Below, in pieces: positions 19,401-27,700 of a DNA stretch of 64,000 nucleotides. The stretch is from positions 2,758 through 66,757 of the forward strand of contig CADBLE010000005.1 in NCBI GenBank assembly GCA_902795435.1, written 5' to 3'. A model generated the notes under the pieces. It had not been told where the DNA came from and did no database searches. It saw only the letters and a program-made list of their open reading frames with translations. Origin of the DNA: an uncultured Pseudomonadota bacterium (GTDB lineage Bacteria; Pseudomonadota; Alphaproteobacteria; Rs-D84). The first letter of the stretch is position 1, and the number at the start of each line of letters is the position of its first letter. The position numbers and the translations under genes are program-made.

Positions 19401-22400
19401 AAACCATATACCACATTTGATAAATCAGCAGATGTTGACCAACCATTAAACGCATATTGATGTATTGTGTTATCATTATACGGATATGCCACATCTGTTG
19501 GATAAACAACTGTATCTTCGGCAGTATATGTATTTGGCAACAAACTGTCTGGGATTACAGATTCCGTACCATCTTCTGTGATGTATTTATATGTAATACT
19601 ATATTCTTCGTAATTCCATTGTGGATTACATACGATTTGGTTTTCCGCAACTACCACACCTTCTGTTGCAGAATATACAGTTCCATCACAATTCCATCCT
19701 TCAAATGTTCTGTATGATGTTTCTGAAATACCGCATTCTTCCAGTGTAGCAGGGACAACAGCAAATCCAACATAATTTGTTCTGGTTATTTGACGTTTCT
19801 TACTGCAATTATACAAGACAGAACCTTGCGGTGTTGCAATATTCCATCTTGCATACAATGTTATATCACCAGTCATACCAGGTGCGAATCCATACACCAC
19901 ATTTGATAAATCAGCAGATGTTGACCAACCATTAAACGCATATTGATATGTTGTATTTTCATCATACGGATATGTCACATCCGTTGGATAAACGATATTA
20001 TCTTGCACAGTGTATTCTCTTGGGTACAGAGTATCCAATACGCCTTCTGTACCATTTTCTGTGAAATATTTATATGTAATGTGATATGTAACCGTATCAA
20101 AGACAGCATAAAATACCTTATTGCCAGTGTTTTGTACCGGATTAAATACATATTCCACCACAGGTTCTGCACAATTTGCGCTGCCTTCGCACCAACCTTT
20201 GAATGTATATCCCTGTAACACAGGATTATTCAGTGTAAATGTTGGGGTTGTGATATTATATCTTGATGGATTTGCCTTTGGTAATCTTGCACCACCCAAT
20301 TCATATCTAATGTTATAATCTTGTAAATTCCAAACTGCATATAAATCAACCGTTGCATTGTCTTCATCCGTCAAATTCTTGACAATAATATCATTATTGG
20401 CAGATGGATAATACATCACACTGTTATTATTGGCATCTGTTGACCAACCAACAAAACTATACCCATTTTTAACGATTTCATCATGGTTTGTAATATCACA
20501 ATTTTCGTTATAAACACAAGATATGGTTGCTTTTTCACCTGTTCCTGTATTTGCATTAAATCTTACATTATAATTATGAACATTCCAAACAGCATCACAC
20601 ACAACATCTTCATCTGGGACAACAATATAATCAACCAATACCTGTGGTGTATTAGAAACATTGCCAGCGCATCTCCATCCCTGGAATGTATAACCAGGAT
20701 TTGGACATTCAGAACTATCAAGCAACGCTTCGTTTTCACCGTATGATACATCTTTTGTAACGTGTTTATCCGCAGAATTATTACAATTATATGTAATTGT
20801 TCTTGTGTTTGTTTCCCAAACACCAGTCATTGTTACAACATTGTTATTAGGCACCAATCCATTGGTATTCACAACAATATTTGAACCTGTATAAATATAT
20901 TCTGTACCTTTGTTGTCAACAAATCCTTTGAATGTGTATCCCGGTCTTGATTGTGGAACATTACACAATGTGACGCTGGTATCTGTTGGCAAAGTATATG
21001 CCTTGGATGAATCAGGACATTCTTCAATATTTTCTATATCAACATATTCTATTGTTGCAGGATATCTACAAACACTGATTGTTTCTTCTGGGGTATAAGA
21101 TTGATTTGTAATATATCCTGGCTTAGTTGGACAATACGCAAAACAATCGTTTTCTCTGCTTCTTGGTTCATTAGAACCAGCCGAGAACACACCCAACAAA
21201 ACAGCACAAGAATTATCACCTTGGTTTTCATCTGGATTGAAATTCCAAGTACCTTCTTGGCAATAGAATCCAGATTTACATTTATTGCAAGTTGTTGAAT
21301 TTGCAGGCAAATAATAACCGTCATCACAATGATAACTGCCTAATTTCCAAATAGCATACAATTTTACGACACCTGGTTCTGTCAGTAAATTTTTAACCAA
21401 GATTCTATTGTCTTCGTTTGGAACAAAAACATTTTCTTCATCATACGCATCTAATGACCAACCAACAAAATCATATCCTAATTTGGTAATTTCATTGTTG
21501 TTTGTGACGTCACAATTCGTGCCATATTCACATATTACATTTGGTTTAGAACCTGTTCCTGTATTTGAATAAAATACTACTGTATATTTATTTGCATTCC
21601 ATACAGGTTCACAATCAACATCAAAATCATTTGCCCAATAATTAGTGGATGTTAAATTAAATTCTGTGTTATCTGCACGTGAATGACATTGCCATGAATC
21701 AAATTCATATCCTGTATTATTCCCACAAACATTTTGTCTTACTGTATAAGCACCAGCATACGAAACCGTGTCTGTAACAATATTATTTGAATCACACAAA
21801 TAACGTATTGTATATTCTTTATTTCCCCAATTCGCCCAGAACGTTAAGTTCCCAGTAGAACCCTTTGTTATCACTGTATATTCTTCACCGGTCAAATTAC
21901 TATTATTATACCAACCAGCAAATTCAAAACCTGTCCTTATTGGTTCTGGCAAAACAATATCTGATTCTATTTCCGCATTGTAAGTACGTGGGACATATGT
22001 ATCAGCAGTGAAAGATCCATTGTTCAAATTATATGTAATTGTATAAGGTTCAACATACCATTTTGCGTATAATTGTTTATTTCCAGTTGAACCTTTCGCA
22101 ATTTTTGTTATTTGGTCGCCTTCAAATTCTGGGTTATCAAACCATCCCAAGAATCTATAACCAGTTTTACTTGGATTATACAACACAATTGTTTCTGTCT
22201 TCATATTATATGTTGATGGATTTCTTTCGTCGTTAGTTCCACCATTCAAATCATATTCTATTTCGTATGTTGTTAATTCCCAATTTGCATAATATGTTGT
22301 TGTAGCAGCAGGTTCTACATTTGGTATGTATTCAATATAAGGTTGTTCATAACAAGTTGTTCTTGATCTGTCTGTGCACCAACCAATGAAACTATATCCT

Positions 22401-24250
22401 GTCTTTTCATTTGGCTCTGCAGTAATCGCAATACCATTGTTGTCACGTAATTGTGCGTATGTATATTGACTTGGTTCAAGTCCTGGTAAATCAATGGTAG
22501 AATTGTTATCATTTATATCTTTATAATTGATAGCATAAACTTTTTCTTGCCATTTTGCGTTACATATCGCATCAGATTCTATTGTATAAACACCAGAAAT
22601 AAATGTATTTACCACACTTGATACATCAGTATCAGATACAGCATTACAATCCCATCCTGTCTGGGTTTGACCGACCATATTACAGAATGGGGCAACCATT
22701 GTAAATGTTGAATCATAAACAACACCAGAAGTATTAGTTATTCCATTTTCACCGCAAGAATATGTGATTACATATCTGTTGGCTTCCCATTTTGCATAAA
22801 AAACTTTATTACCATAACTTCCTTGTTCAATTGTGTGTGTTTGATGCACATCAGAACAATATAAATTATTTTCGCACCAACCAATAAATGTATATCCACG
22901 TTTTGTTGGATTATTCAATGTAAATGTAGGTGTTTCTACATTATAAGATGTTGGATTTGTCGCGGAACCACCGTCCAGGTTATATGTTATTGTGTAACCG
23001 ACTGGCGCCCAAACCGCATATAAATCTTTATTACCAGTTGAACCTTGGGTAATTGTATATGTAAGTGTAGGGTTTGAACAATTTGCACTGTTTTCACACC
23101 AACCAGCAAATTCATAATTTGCTTTTGTTGGGTTTACCAATGTAAATGTAGGTGTTTCTACATTATAAGATGTTTGATTTGTCGCAGAACCACCATCTAA
23201 ATGATATATGATTGTATAATCTGTTGCTCTCCAAACTGCATATAAATCTCTGTCACCAGTTGAACCTTGGGTAATTGTATATGTAAGAGTAGGGTTTGAA
23301 CAATTTGCACTGTTTTCACACCAACCAGCAAATTCAAAATTTGATTTTGTTGGATTATTCAATGTAAATGTAGGTGTTTCTACATTATAAGATGTTTGGT
23401 TTGTCGCAGAACCACCATCTAAATGATATGTGATTGAATATGATTGTTCTGTCCAGAATGCTGTAAATTCCAAATTCCCAACAGAACCATTTTGCACAGT
23501 ATATGTTTGTACACGATTTGTGCAATTTGCATCATTCACACACCAACCATCAAAATCATATCCAATTTTAGTTGGATTATTTATTGTAAATGTTGCGGTT
23601 TCAACATTGTAAGATGTTGGATTTACCGCATTACCACCATTTAATTCATAAGAAATTGTATAAGGAATAATATTCCATCCCGCATACAAATCCTTATCCC
23701 CGATGGAACCAGAATCTATTCTTGTGACCAAAAATCCAGAATTCTGGGTTTGTGAGGCATTATCATTACTATACCAACCGACAAAATCGTAACCATTTCT
23801 GGTCGCTGGCAACAATTCAATATCAGGAGATTCAACAGTATAAGAGGAAGGATTAGAACTGTTGTTTGTCCCGTTATATAAATTGTAGTAGTTGATATCG
23901 TAGGAATGCACCACACAGTGTACATTTGCGGTATTTACCTCTGTCATGTTTTCATAACCGGTTTTACATTCAGCGGTATATGTGCAAGTGCCGGTTGTTT
24001 CATCAACCGTCAGATTACAAGAGGCCGTATTTACTGCCAAATCTGTACATTCTTGACACCATCTTGCAGAGAAAACAACAGTACTGTTTTCATCAGCATC
24101 CAAAGCGTCGTATGTACACATCAAAGATTCATTTGGAGCAACAAAGAAAGAGTCCGCAAAAACAGGATTCATGACAAAAGGCACCACCAACGCAAACAGC
24201 ATTGCTTTTATATGATATAAAAACACCGCGGAAATCCGCCTTTTTATCAA
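16466..24250 (-). CDS. giant mosaic surface protein 2 (2594 aa): about two dozen Listeria-Bacteroides-type repeats, Cys-rich modules, one G..CWC module, conserved C-terminal domain
   Basis: Uninterrupted 7.8 kb ORF. TTG start at 24250, preceded by AGGAAGG. Signal peptide IKAMLFALVVPFVMNPVFA. Repeats of about 70-80 aa have the pattern Y.I.Y.L.GG......Y......L..P...GY.F.GW.......LYA.W. Module map in nt: Cys-rich 21060-21330, 18150-18405, 17708-17920 and 16694-16996; CWC 17228-17707; C-terminal domain 16469-16693. Confidence 0.9.
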   Translation of the reverse strand: MIKRRISAVFLYHIKAMLFALVVPFVMNPVFADSFFVAPNESLMCTYDALDADENSTVVFSARWCQECTDLAVNTASCNLTVDETTGTCTYTAECKTGYENMTEVNTANVHCVVHSYDINYYNLYNGTNNSSNPSSYTVESPDIELLPATRNGYDFVGWYSNDNASQTQNSGFLVTRIDSGSIGDKDLYAGWNIIPYTISYELNGGNAVNPTSYNVETATFTINNPTKIGYDFDGWCVNDANCTNRVQTYTVQNGSVGNLEFTAFWTEQSYSITYHLDGGSATNQTSYNVETPTFTLNNPTKSNFEFAGWCENSANCSNPTLTYTITQGSTGDRDLYAVWRATDYTIIYHLDGGSATNQTSYNVETPTFTLVNPTKANYEFAGWCENSANCSNPTLTYTITQGSTGNKDLYAVWAPVGYTITYNLDGGSATNPTSYNVETPTFTLNNPTKRGYTFIGWCENNLYCSDVHQTHTIEQGSYGNKVFYAKWEANRYVITYSCGENGITNTSGVVYDSTFTMVAPFCNMVGQTQTGWDCNAVSDTDVSSVVNTFISGVYTIESDAICNAKWQEKVYAINYKDINDNNSTIDLPGLEPSQYTYAQLRDNNGIAITAEPNEKTGYSFIGWCTDRSRTTCYEQPYIEYIPNVEPAATTTYYANWELTTYEIEYDLNGGTNDERNPSTYNMKTETIVLYNPSKTGYRFLGWFDNPEFEGDQITKIAKGSTGNKQLYAKWYVEPYTITYNLNNGSFTADTYVPRTYNAEIESDIVLPEPIRTGFEFAGWYNNSNLTGEEYTVITKGSTGNLTFWANWGNKEYTIRYLCDSNNIVTDTVSYAGAYTVRQNVCGNNTGYEFDSWQCHSRADNTEFNLTSTNYWANDFDVDCEPVWNANKYTVVFYSNTGTGSKPNVICEYGTNCDVTNNNEITKLGYDFVGWSLDAYDEENVFVPNEDNRILVKNLLTEPGVVKLYAIWKLGSYHCDDGYYLPANSTTCNKCKSGFYCQEGTWNFNPDENQGDNSCAVLLGVFSAGSNEPRSRENDCFAYCPTKPGYITNQSYTPEETISVCRYPATIEYVDIENIEECPDSSKAYTLPTDTSVTLCNVPQSRPGYTFKGFVDNKGTEYIYTGSNIVVNTNGLVPNNNVVTMTGVWETNTRTITYNCNNSADKHVTKDVSYGENEALLDSSECPNPGYTFQGWRCAGNVSNTPQVLVDYIVVPDEDVVCDAVWNVHNYNVRFNANTGTGEKATISCVYNENCDITNHDEIVKNGYSFVGWSTDANNNSVMYYPSANNDIIVKNLTDEDNATVDLYAVWNLQDYNIRYELGGARLPKANPSRYNITTPTFTLNNPVLQGYTFKGWCEGSANCAEPVVEYVFNPVQNTGNKVFYAVFDTVTYHITYKYFTENGTEGVLDTLYPREYTVQDNIVYPTDVTYPYDENTTYQYAFNGWSTSADLSNVVYGFAPGMTGDITLYARWNIATPQGSVLYNCSKKRQITRTNYVGFAVVPATLEECGISETSYRTFEGWNCDGTVYSATEGVVVAENQIVCNPQWNYEEYSITYKYITEDGTESVIPDSLLPNTYTAEDTVVYPTDVAYPYNDNTIHQYAFNGWSTSADLSNVVYGFAPGMTGDITLYARWNIATPQGNVVYDCGNRRQITRTNYVGFTVSPATATECRIDTETLIGWICDEQEYALDENVTVKDGTITCNVKLKEPEPEVLETYHITYKDVAEDGTEYEITGLTPNTYTKQDDVIYPSNITYNHHGDTRHQYAFDGWSTSADLSNVVYGFARGMTGDVTLYARWNIATPQGSVVYDCGNNHQITRTNYVGFTVLPPTATECRITLDTLIGWTCNGVEHATDEYMPVTEDTTTCVANIEMEEYNLNYELNGGTWLDGSDVRTTYTRLDSFALPTSVVKPNYDFLVWSLAPDYMNAITNIKTGTTHDTTVYAQWMPKTVRCEAGYYLPAGTLVCAQCEENKYCSGGNYEYSETTDSGIENCPASYPWSDAGSVSENDCYNNCSSRDYYVVSGRIYRNRNTCAYTPIVYHINYVLNGGEFESDTNVIYEYNVTTPFISSLVEPVQDGKIFVGWFDENNTEITGIDTSLATDITLYARWIEEPCHEDYYKTSGGVCVACPEHGYSDGGYVSACSCADGYYWNSATHECLYDYESECLSRGEDYRWDANTQQCVYEGCSVGYYKTTSTTSAFNVDISKKGNSYISRSNDGQHCYGSASDSCEGNTLNNGEWETYFDYGVIKGIASCNNTPDSETADTSYMGVETSGQYCWCQINYFTPTGGNIESRISKWGYRYNRDDDASCKNHCASNCASYLRDKTSFRQKMYDFQTGIICMPIDYTITYELYGGYAENPTSYNVETATFTLNNPEKTNYIFMGWCETENCSNPTLSYTIEQGSIGDKYLYAVWELDESTQCNENYYYDENISDCVKCPVGTLSDAGSVGQNSCVEEQFECDAGEYLYVDENVAECRTCPIGYYCPEGVWTVETADESKTQCPHGTTTEYDGASAISECHVVCPSGKYLRIGENESDKLCLYEEQQTHPALAIQVNGRTYYANMGQRNLTINAETTKKMRVEYMGRIYNVYDASME
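18640..20110 (-). repeat. three direct in-frame copies of a roughly 490-bp (about 163-aa) unit inside giant gene 2
   Basis: The motif aaatccaacataatttgttctggttatttga recurs at about 18783, 19276 and 19762. Each protein unit is Y[HS]ITYK....DGTE ... QYAF[ND]GWSTSADLSNVVYGFA.GMTGD[IV]TLYARWNIATPQG.V.Y.C......ITRTNYVGF. Confidence 0.85.
22995..23440 (-). repeat. two near-identical 222-bp (74-aa) adjacent Listeria-Bacteroides-type repeat units
   Basis: aaccttgggtaattgtatatgtaag occurs at 23041 and 23263 (period 222 bp). The protein units Y.I.YHLDGGSATNQTSYNVETPTFTL.NPTK.N.EFAGWCENSANCSNPTLTYTITQGSTG..DLYAVW are almost identical. Confidence 0.85.
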
Positions 24251-24274
24251 GAAACCTTCCTCTTTCTTAAAGAT

Positions 24275-24304
24275 ATTGTAGAAAAAAACCTATTCTTATA
24301 TCAA
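24275..24304 (-). promoter_or_regulatory. putative sigma70-type promoter of giant genes 2 and 1
   Basis: On the minus strand: TTGATA (24304-24299), an 18-nt spacer containing a T7 run, then TACAAT (24280-24275). SD AGGAAGG and the TTG start at 24250 follow. Confidence 0.45.
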
Positions 24305-24354
24305 GCAAAAAAACGCATTTTTTGTATATTTTTTTAATTTTTTTACACACTATA

Positions 24355-24383
24355 AAAAAGCCCGGAAAACAGGGTTTTTTATA
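24355..24383. terminator. weak hairpin with flanking A/T runs (possible terminator of giant gene 3)
   Basis: aaaaagccc-ggaaaaca-gggtttttt has only 3 G:C pairs plus A:T pairs. On the minus strand one stem pair becomes an A-C mismatch. Confidence 0.3.
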
Positions 24384-24523
24384 TATAAACAAATATGTTT
24401 TTGTCAATTATTTTGACTATTTTTATTTATAAAAAAATTTACAGTAAAAAAATGTTGTTTTTGTGTTTTTATTTTGCATTTTTTTGTGTTATTATTATAG
24501 CGAAGAGAGAAGGGAGGTATTTT

Positions 24524-24739
24524 ATGAAATCTAATATTACAGAATTAAAACCATCTGATATTACAAGTGAAGTATTTCTTATCTCTAAAACACAAATAGA
24601 TTTTATTTCTGCTAATTTTGGCGACGCCATGGCAGAAGCATTAAATCTGAAATCTTTATCATATAAATTCCGTAAAATCGCAGCAGACACTTTGGTCAAA
24701 GCACTGAATTCTGCCAGCACAATGGGGGGACGTCAATAG
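24524..24739 (+). CDS. small hypothetical protein (71 aa), divergent ORF between giant genes 3 and 2
   Basis: ATG at 24524 is preceded by GAAGGGAGG 6 nt upstream, the strongest Shine-Dalgarno I saw in this window. No TM segment. The ORF-track start at 24395 is an upstream extension through very AT-rich, promoter-like DNA. Confidence 0.55.
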   Translation: MKSNITELKPSDITSEVFLISKTQIDFISANFGDAMAEALNLKSLSYKFRKIAADTLVKALNSASTMGGRQ

Positions 24740-24775
24740 TCCTTTTTTTATTTTTTATATATTTTTATTCGATAA

Positions 24776-27700
24776 TTATTCGGATGTTACATCCCAACCT
24801 GCAAATACATAACCCGGTCTGGTTGGAACAGTTGGTACAAAACTTGTATCATACATACAAGAATCATTTATTATATCTGTTCCGTCATTATAGTTATATT
24901 TCAACGGCAAACCATTTGCATTCCAAATTGCATTTACAAATATTGTTTCAGGAACATTTGTTAAATTGAATACGCTGATTCCAGATTGGGTTTGTGGATA
25001 TTCAACACCACTTGTATTACGTGACCAACCCATAAAATCATACCCAGTGCGTTCAATTTCATTATTAGAAATATCGCAATTTGTATCATAATAACATGTC
25101 ACAGGTGCCTTTTCACCGTTACCACCATTTGCATTAAATACAATTGTGTATTGAATTGGGGTAAATATTGCATACAATGTTTTGTTTCCACCGACAGATG
25201 TATCAAAACTATATTCAATTTCAGGGTTTGCACAATTTTCAGTTTCACACCAACCAATAAATTCATATCCGTTTTTAGTTGGGTTATTCAATGTAAATGT
25301 TGGTGTTTCTACATTATACGATGTTGGATTTGTACCAGATACAATACCATCATCTAAGATATATGTAATTGTATAATCAACCGGTGTCCATTGTGCATAC
25401 AATGTTACATTTTCTACCCCAGACCAATCGAACAGAACGCTAAGATCGTATTCATCATTTTCACCTTTTACAATCTCATTACCAGAACCATCTGATTCCA
25501 GATTCCATGAATTAAATTCATAATTATTCAATACAGGTGTTTGATTTGACACACAATTTTGACCGTCCACACAAATAACATCATTTGGCATACCAACAAC
25601 ATCTTTCTGGATATTTTTATCAAAATGTACATTTATTGTCATAACCCATTGAGCATATAAATCTATATTACCAATTGTATCCGCAGGTATATCCAATGTG
25701 TTTATTGTTTCTTCACAATCATCGGCACCAACACACCAACCGATAAATTGATAACCATTTTTAATTGGTGCATTTGGTGTTATTGTTTGGTTTTCACTGG
25801 CAGAATATGTGTATGTATTTGGATATACACCACCCAATTCATTTTCCCAATCATAATAATTGATATTATAAACATTTGGGGCCCATTGTGCATACGCATT
25901 GATATCACCAATTGTTCCACCAACAATTACCAATGTCTTTTGTGAATCACCACAATTATCAGAATTCAAACACCAACCATTAAATGTATAACCACGTTTT
26001 TCTGGCTCAATCGGTGTTATTGTTTGACTGTCATCAGAATATATATATGTTGCCGGTGTAATTTCAGACAATTCATTCGCACCATCATAATATTTAATAT
26101 TAAACACATTTAATTTCCATTGTGCATATAATGTCTTGTTACCAGTTGAACCTTGTTCAATTGTGTATGTAAGAACAGGGTTATCACAATCAGTATCGTT
26201 TTCGCACCAACCAACAAATTCATGGTTTGCTTTTGTTGGGTTAAACAATGTAAATGTTGGTGTTTCAATATTATAAGATGTTGGATTTGTGCCAGATACA
26301 ACACCACCATCAAGTTCATAAGAAATTGTATATGCATATTTACATGTTGATATATCATCACCATTTTCACCATAATATGCGTGTCCACCAGATTCTGGAA
26401 TATAAGTTCCACCCAAAGAATCATTCACAGGACAGTCTCTGAAACACATATTAATTGAAGAATTTGAGACAGCCCCCTCTATTGATGTGTATCCAGATGG
26501 ACAGAATGCGCACCATGGTTTTCCTGCATCGTTGAACTGTTCACGTGTTGAATTATACATTCCGTCCGGACAATATTGTTTTAAATTTGTATATTGAAAC
26601 ATATATGACACCTGATTTGGTGATGTATCATCGGTAATATTTTCCAAAAATGATTCAGGAATATATTCTGTTGTAGTCGTTCCATCCGAAAATCCTTCCA
26701 AACCACTACAGCCATTGAACATTCTTAAGAACATCCATGTTGCAGGATCACCCGATATACCTGCAAACAGATTACCTGGAACAGTTCCCGTAAGATTTCT
26801 ACAATTTTCAAACGTTAAATTAAACATATACGGTGCCGGATTACCAGATATACCCGAGAACAGATTGCCAGGTATTGTTCCAGTAATATTAGTACAGTCT
26901 GTAAACGTGGCTGAAAACATATGCGGTGCTGGATTACCAGATATACCAGAGAACAGATTGCTAGGTATTGTTCCGGTAAGTCCACTACAACCATTGAACG
27001 TGCCTTTAAACATACCATTCACAGGTGCACCATGAACACCATTAAACAATGTTGGCGGTATTGCATATTTTTTACCAGGATTGTTTGGGTCATCTATATC
27101 CGTATCAAGCATATTTGTTACGCCCGAAAATGTATAAATAAATCTTGGTTGTTTTGACAATGAATCACCATTACCAATTGTTCCAAATATTGCACCCAAT
27201 GAACCAGATATACCCGCAATCTTTTTAGGTGTGCTAACACCACTGTTACTCATAGCAAAATCAATCGCTGAATAACTGCTGTCACTAGCTGGATTTGAAT
27301 TATATCCTGTTGCGCTTCCACTGAATCTTATTTCATGTTTATTTGCTGCATTTGTATACTTACAACCGTATGTAGCATCTGTAGTATTACCGGTACGATC
27401 AATTGTATTACCAGCACTACGTACATGATCACCCCATCTATCGCTGTCTATCAACACACCATCATCACCGCAATCAACATAGAACACACCAGATGCAGAT
27501 ATACGGAATCTGTATGTATCATTTTCACCCATTGGTGTTGTTGTTAAAGTAAATTTAACAGGTTCCCATTTTGCCCAGAATTCTTTATCACCTGTTGCTT
27601 CTGTACCAATTGTTTGTGTGTAAGAACAATTTTGCAATTGTGCGTCAGTGCACCATCCGACAAATATATAATCTTCACGTGTTGGCTTGCCATTAATTGT

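Noticed and set aside
24281-24298. The T7/A7 run in the spacer of the putative giant-gene 2 promoter as a slipped-strand phase-variation switch.
   Set aside because: Seven bases is short for efficient slippage, such runs are common in this AT-rich DNA, and the promoter itself is only predicted.
24395-24523. The upstream extension of the small ORF (ORF-track start 24395, 114 aa).
   Set aside because: The extension translates extremely AT-rich, promoter-like DNA into an Ile/Phe/Lys-rich peptide. A very strong SD sits immediately before the internal ATG at 24524.
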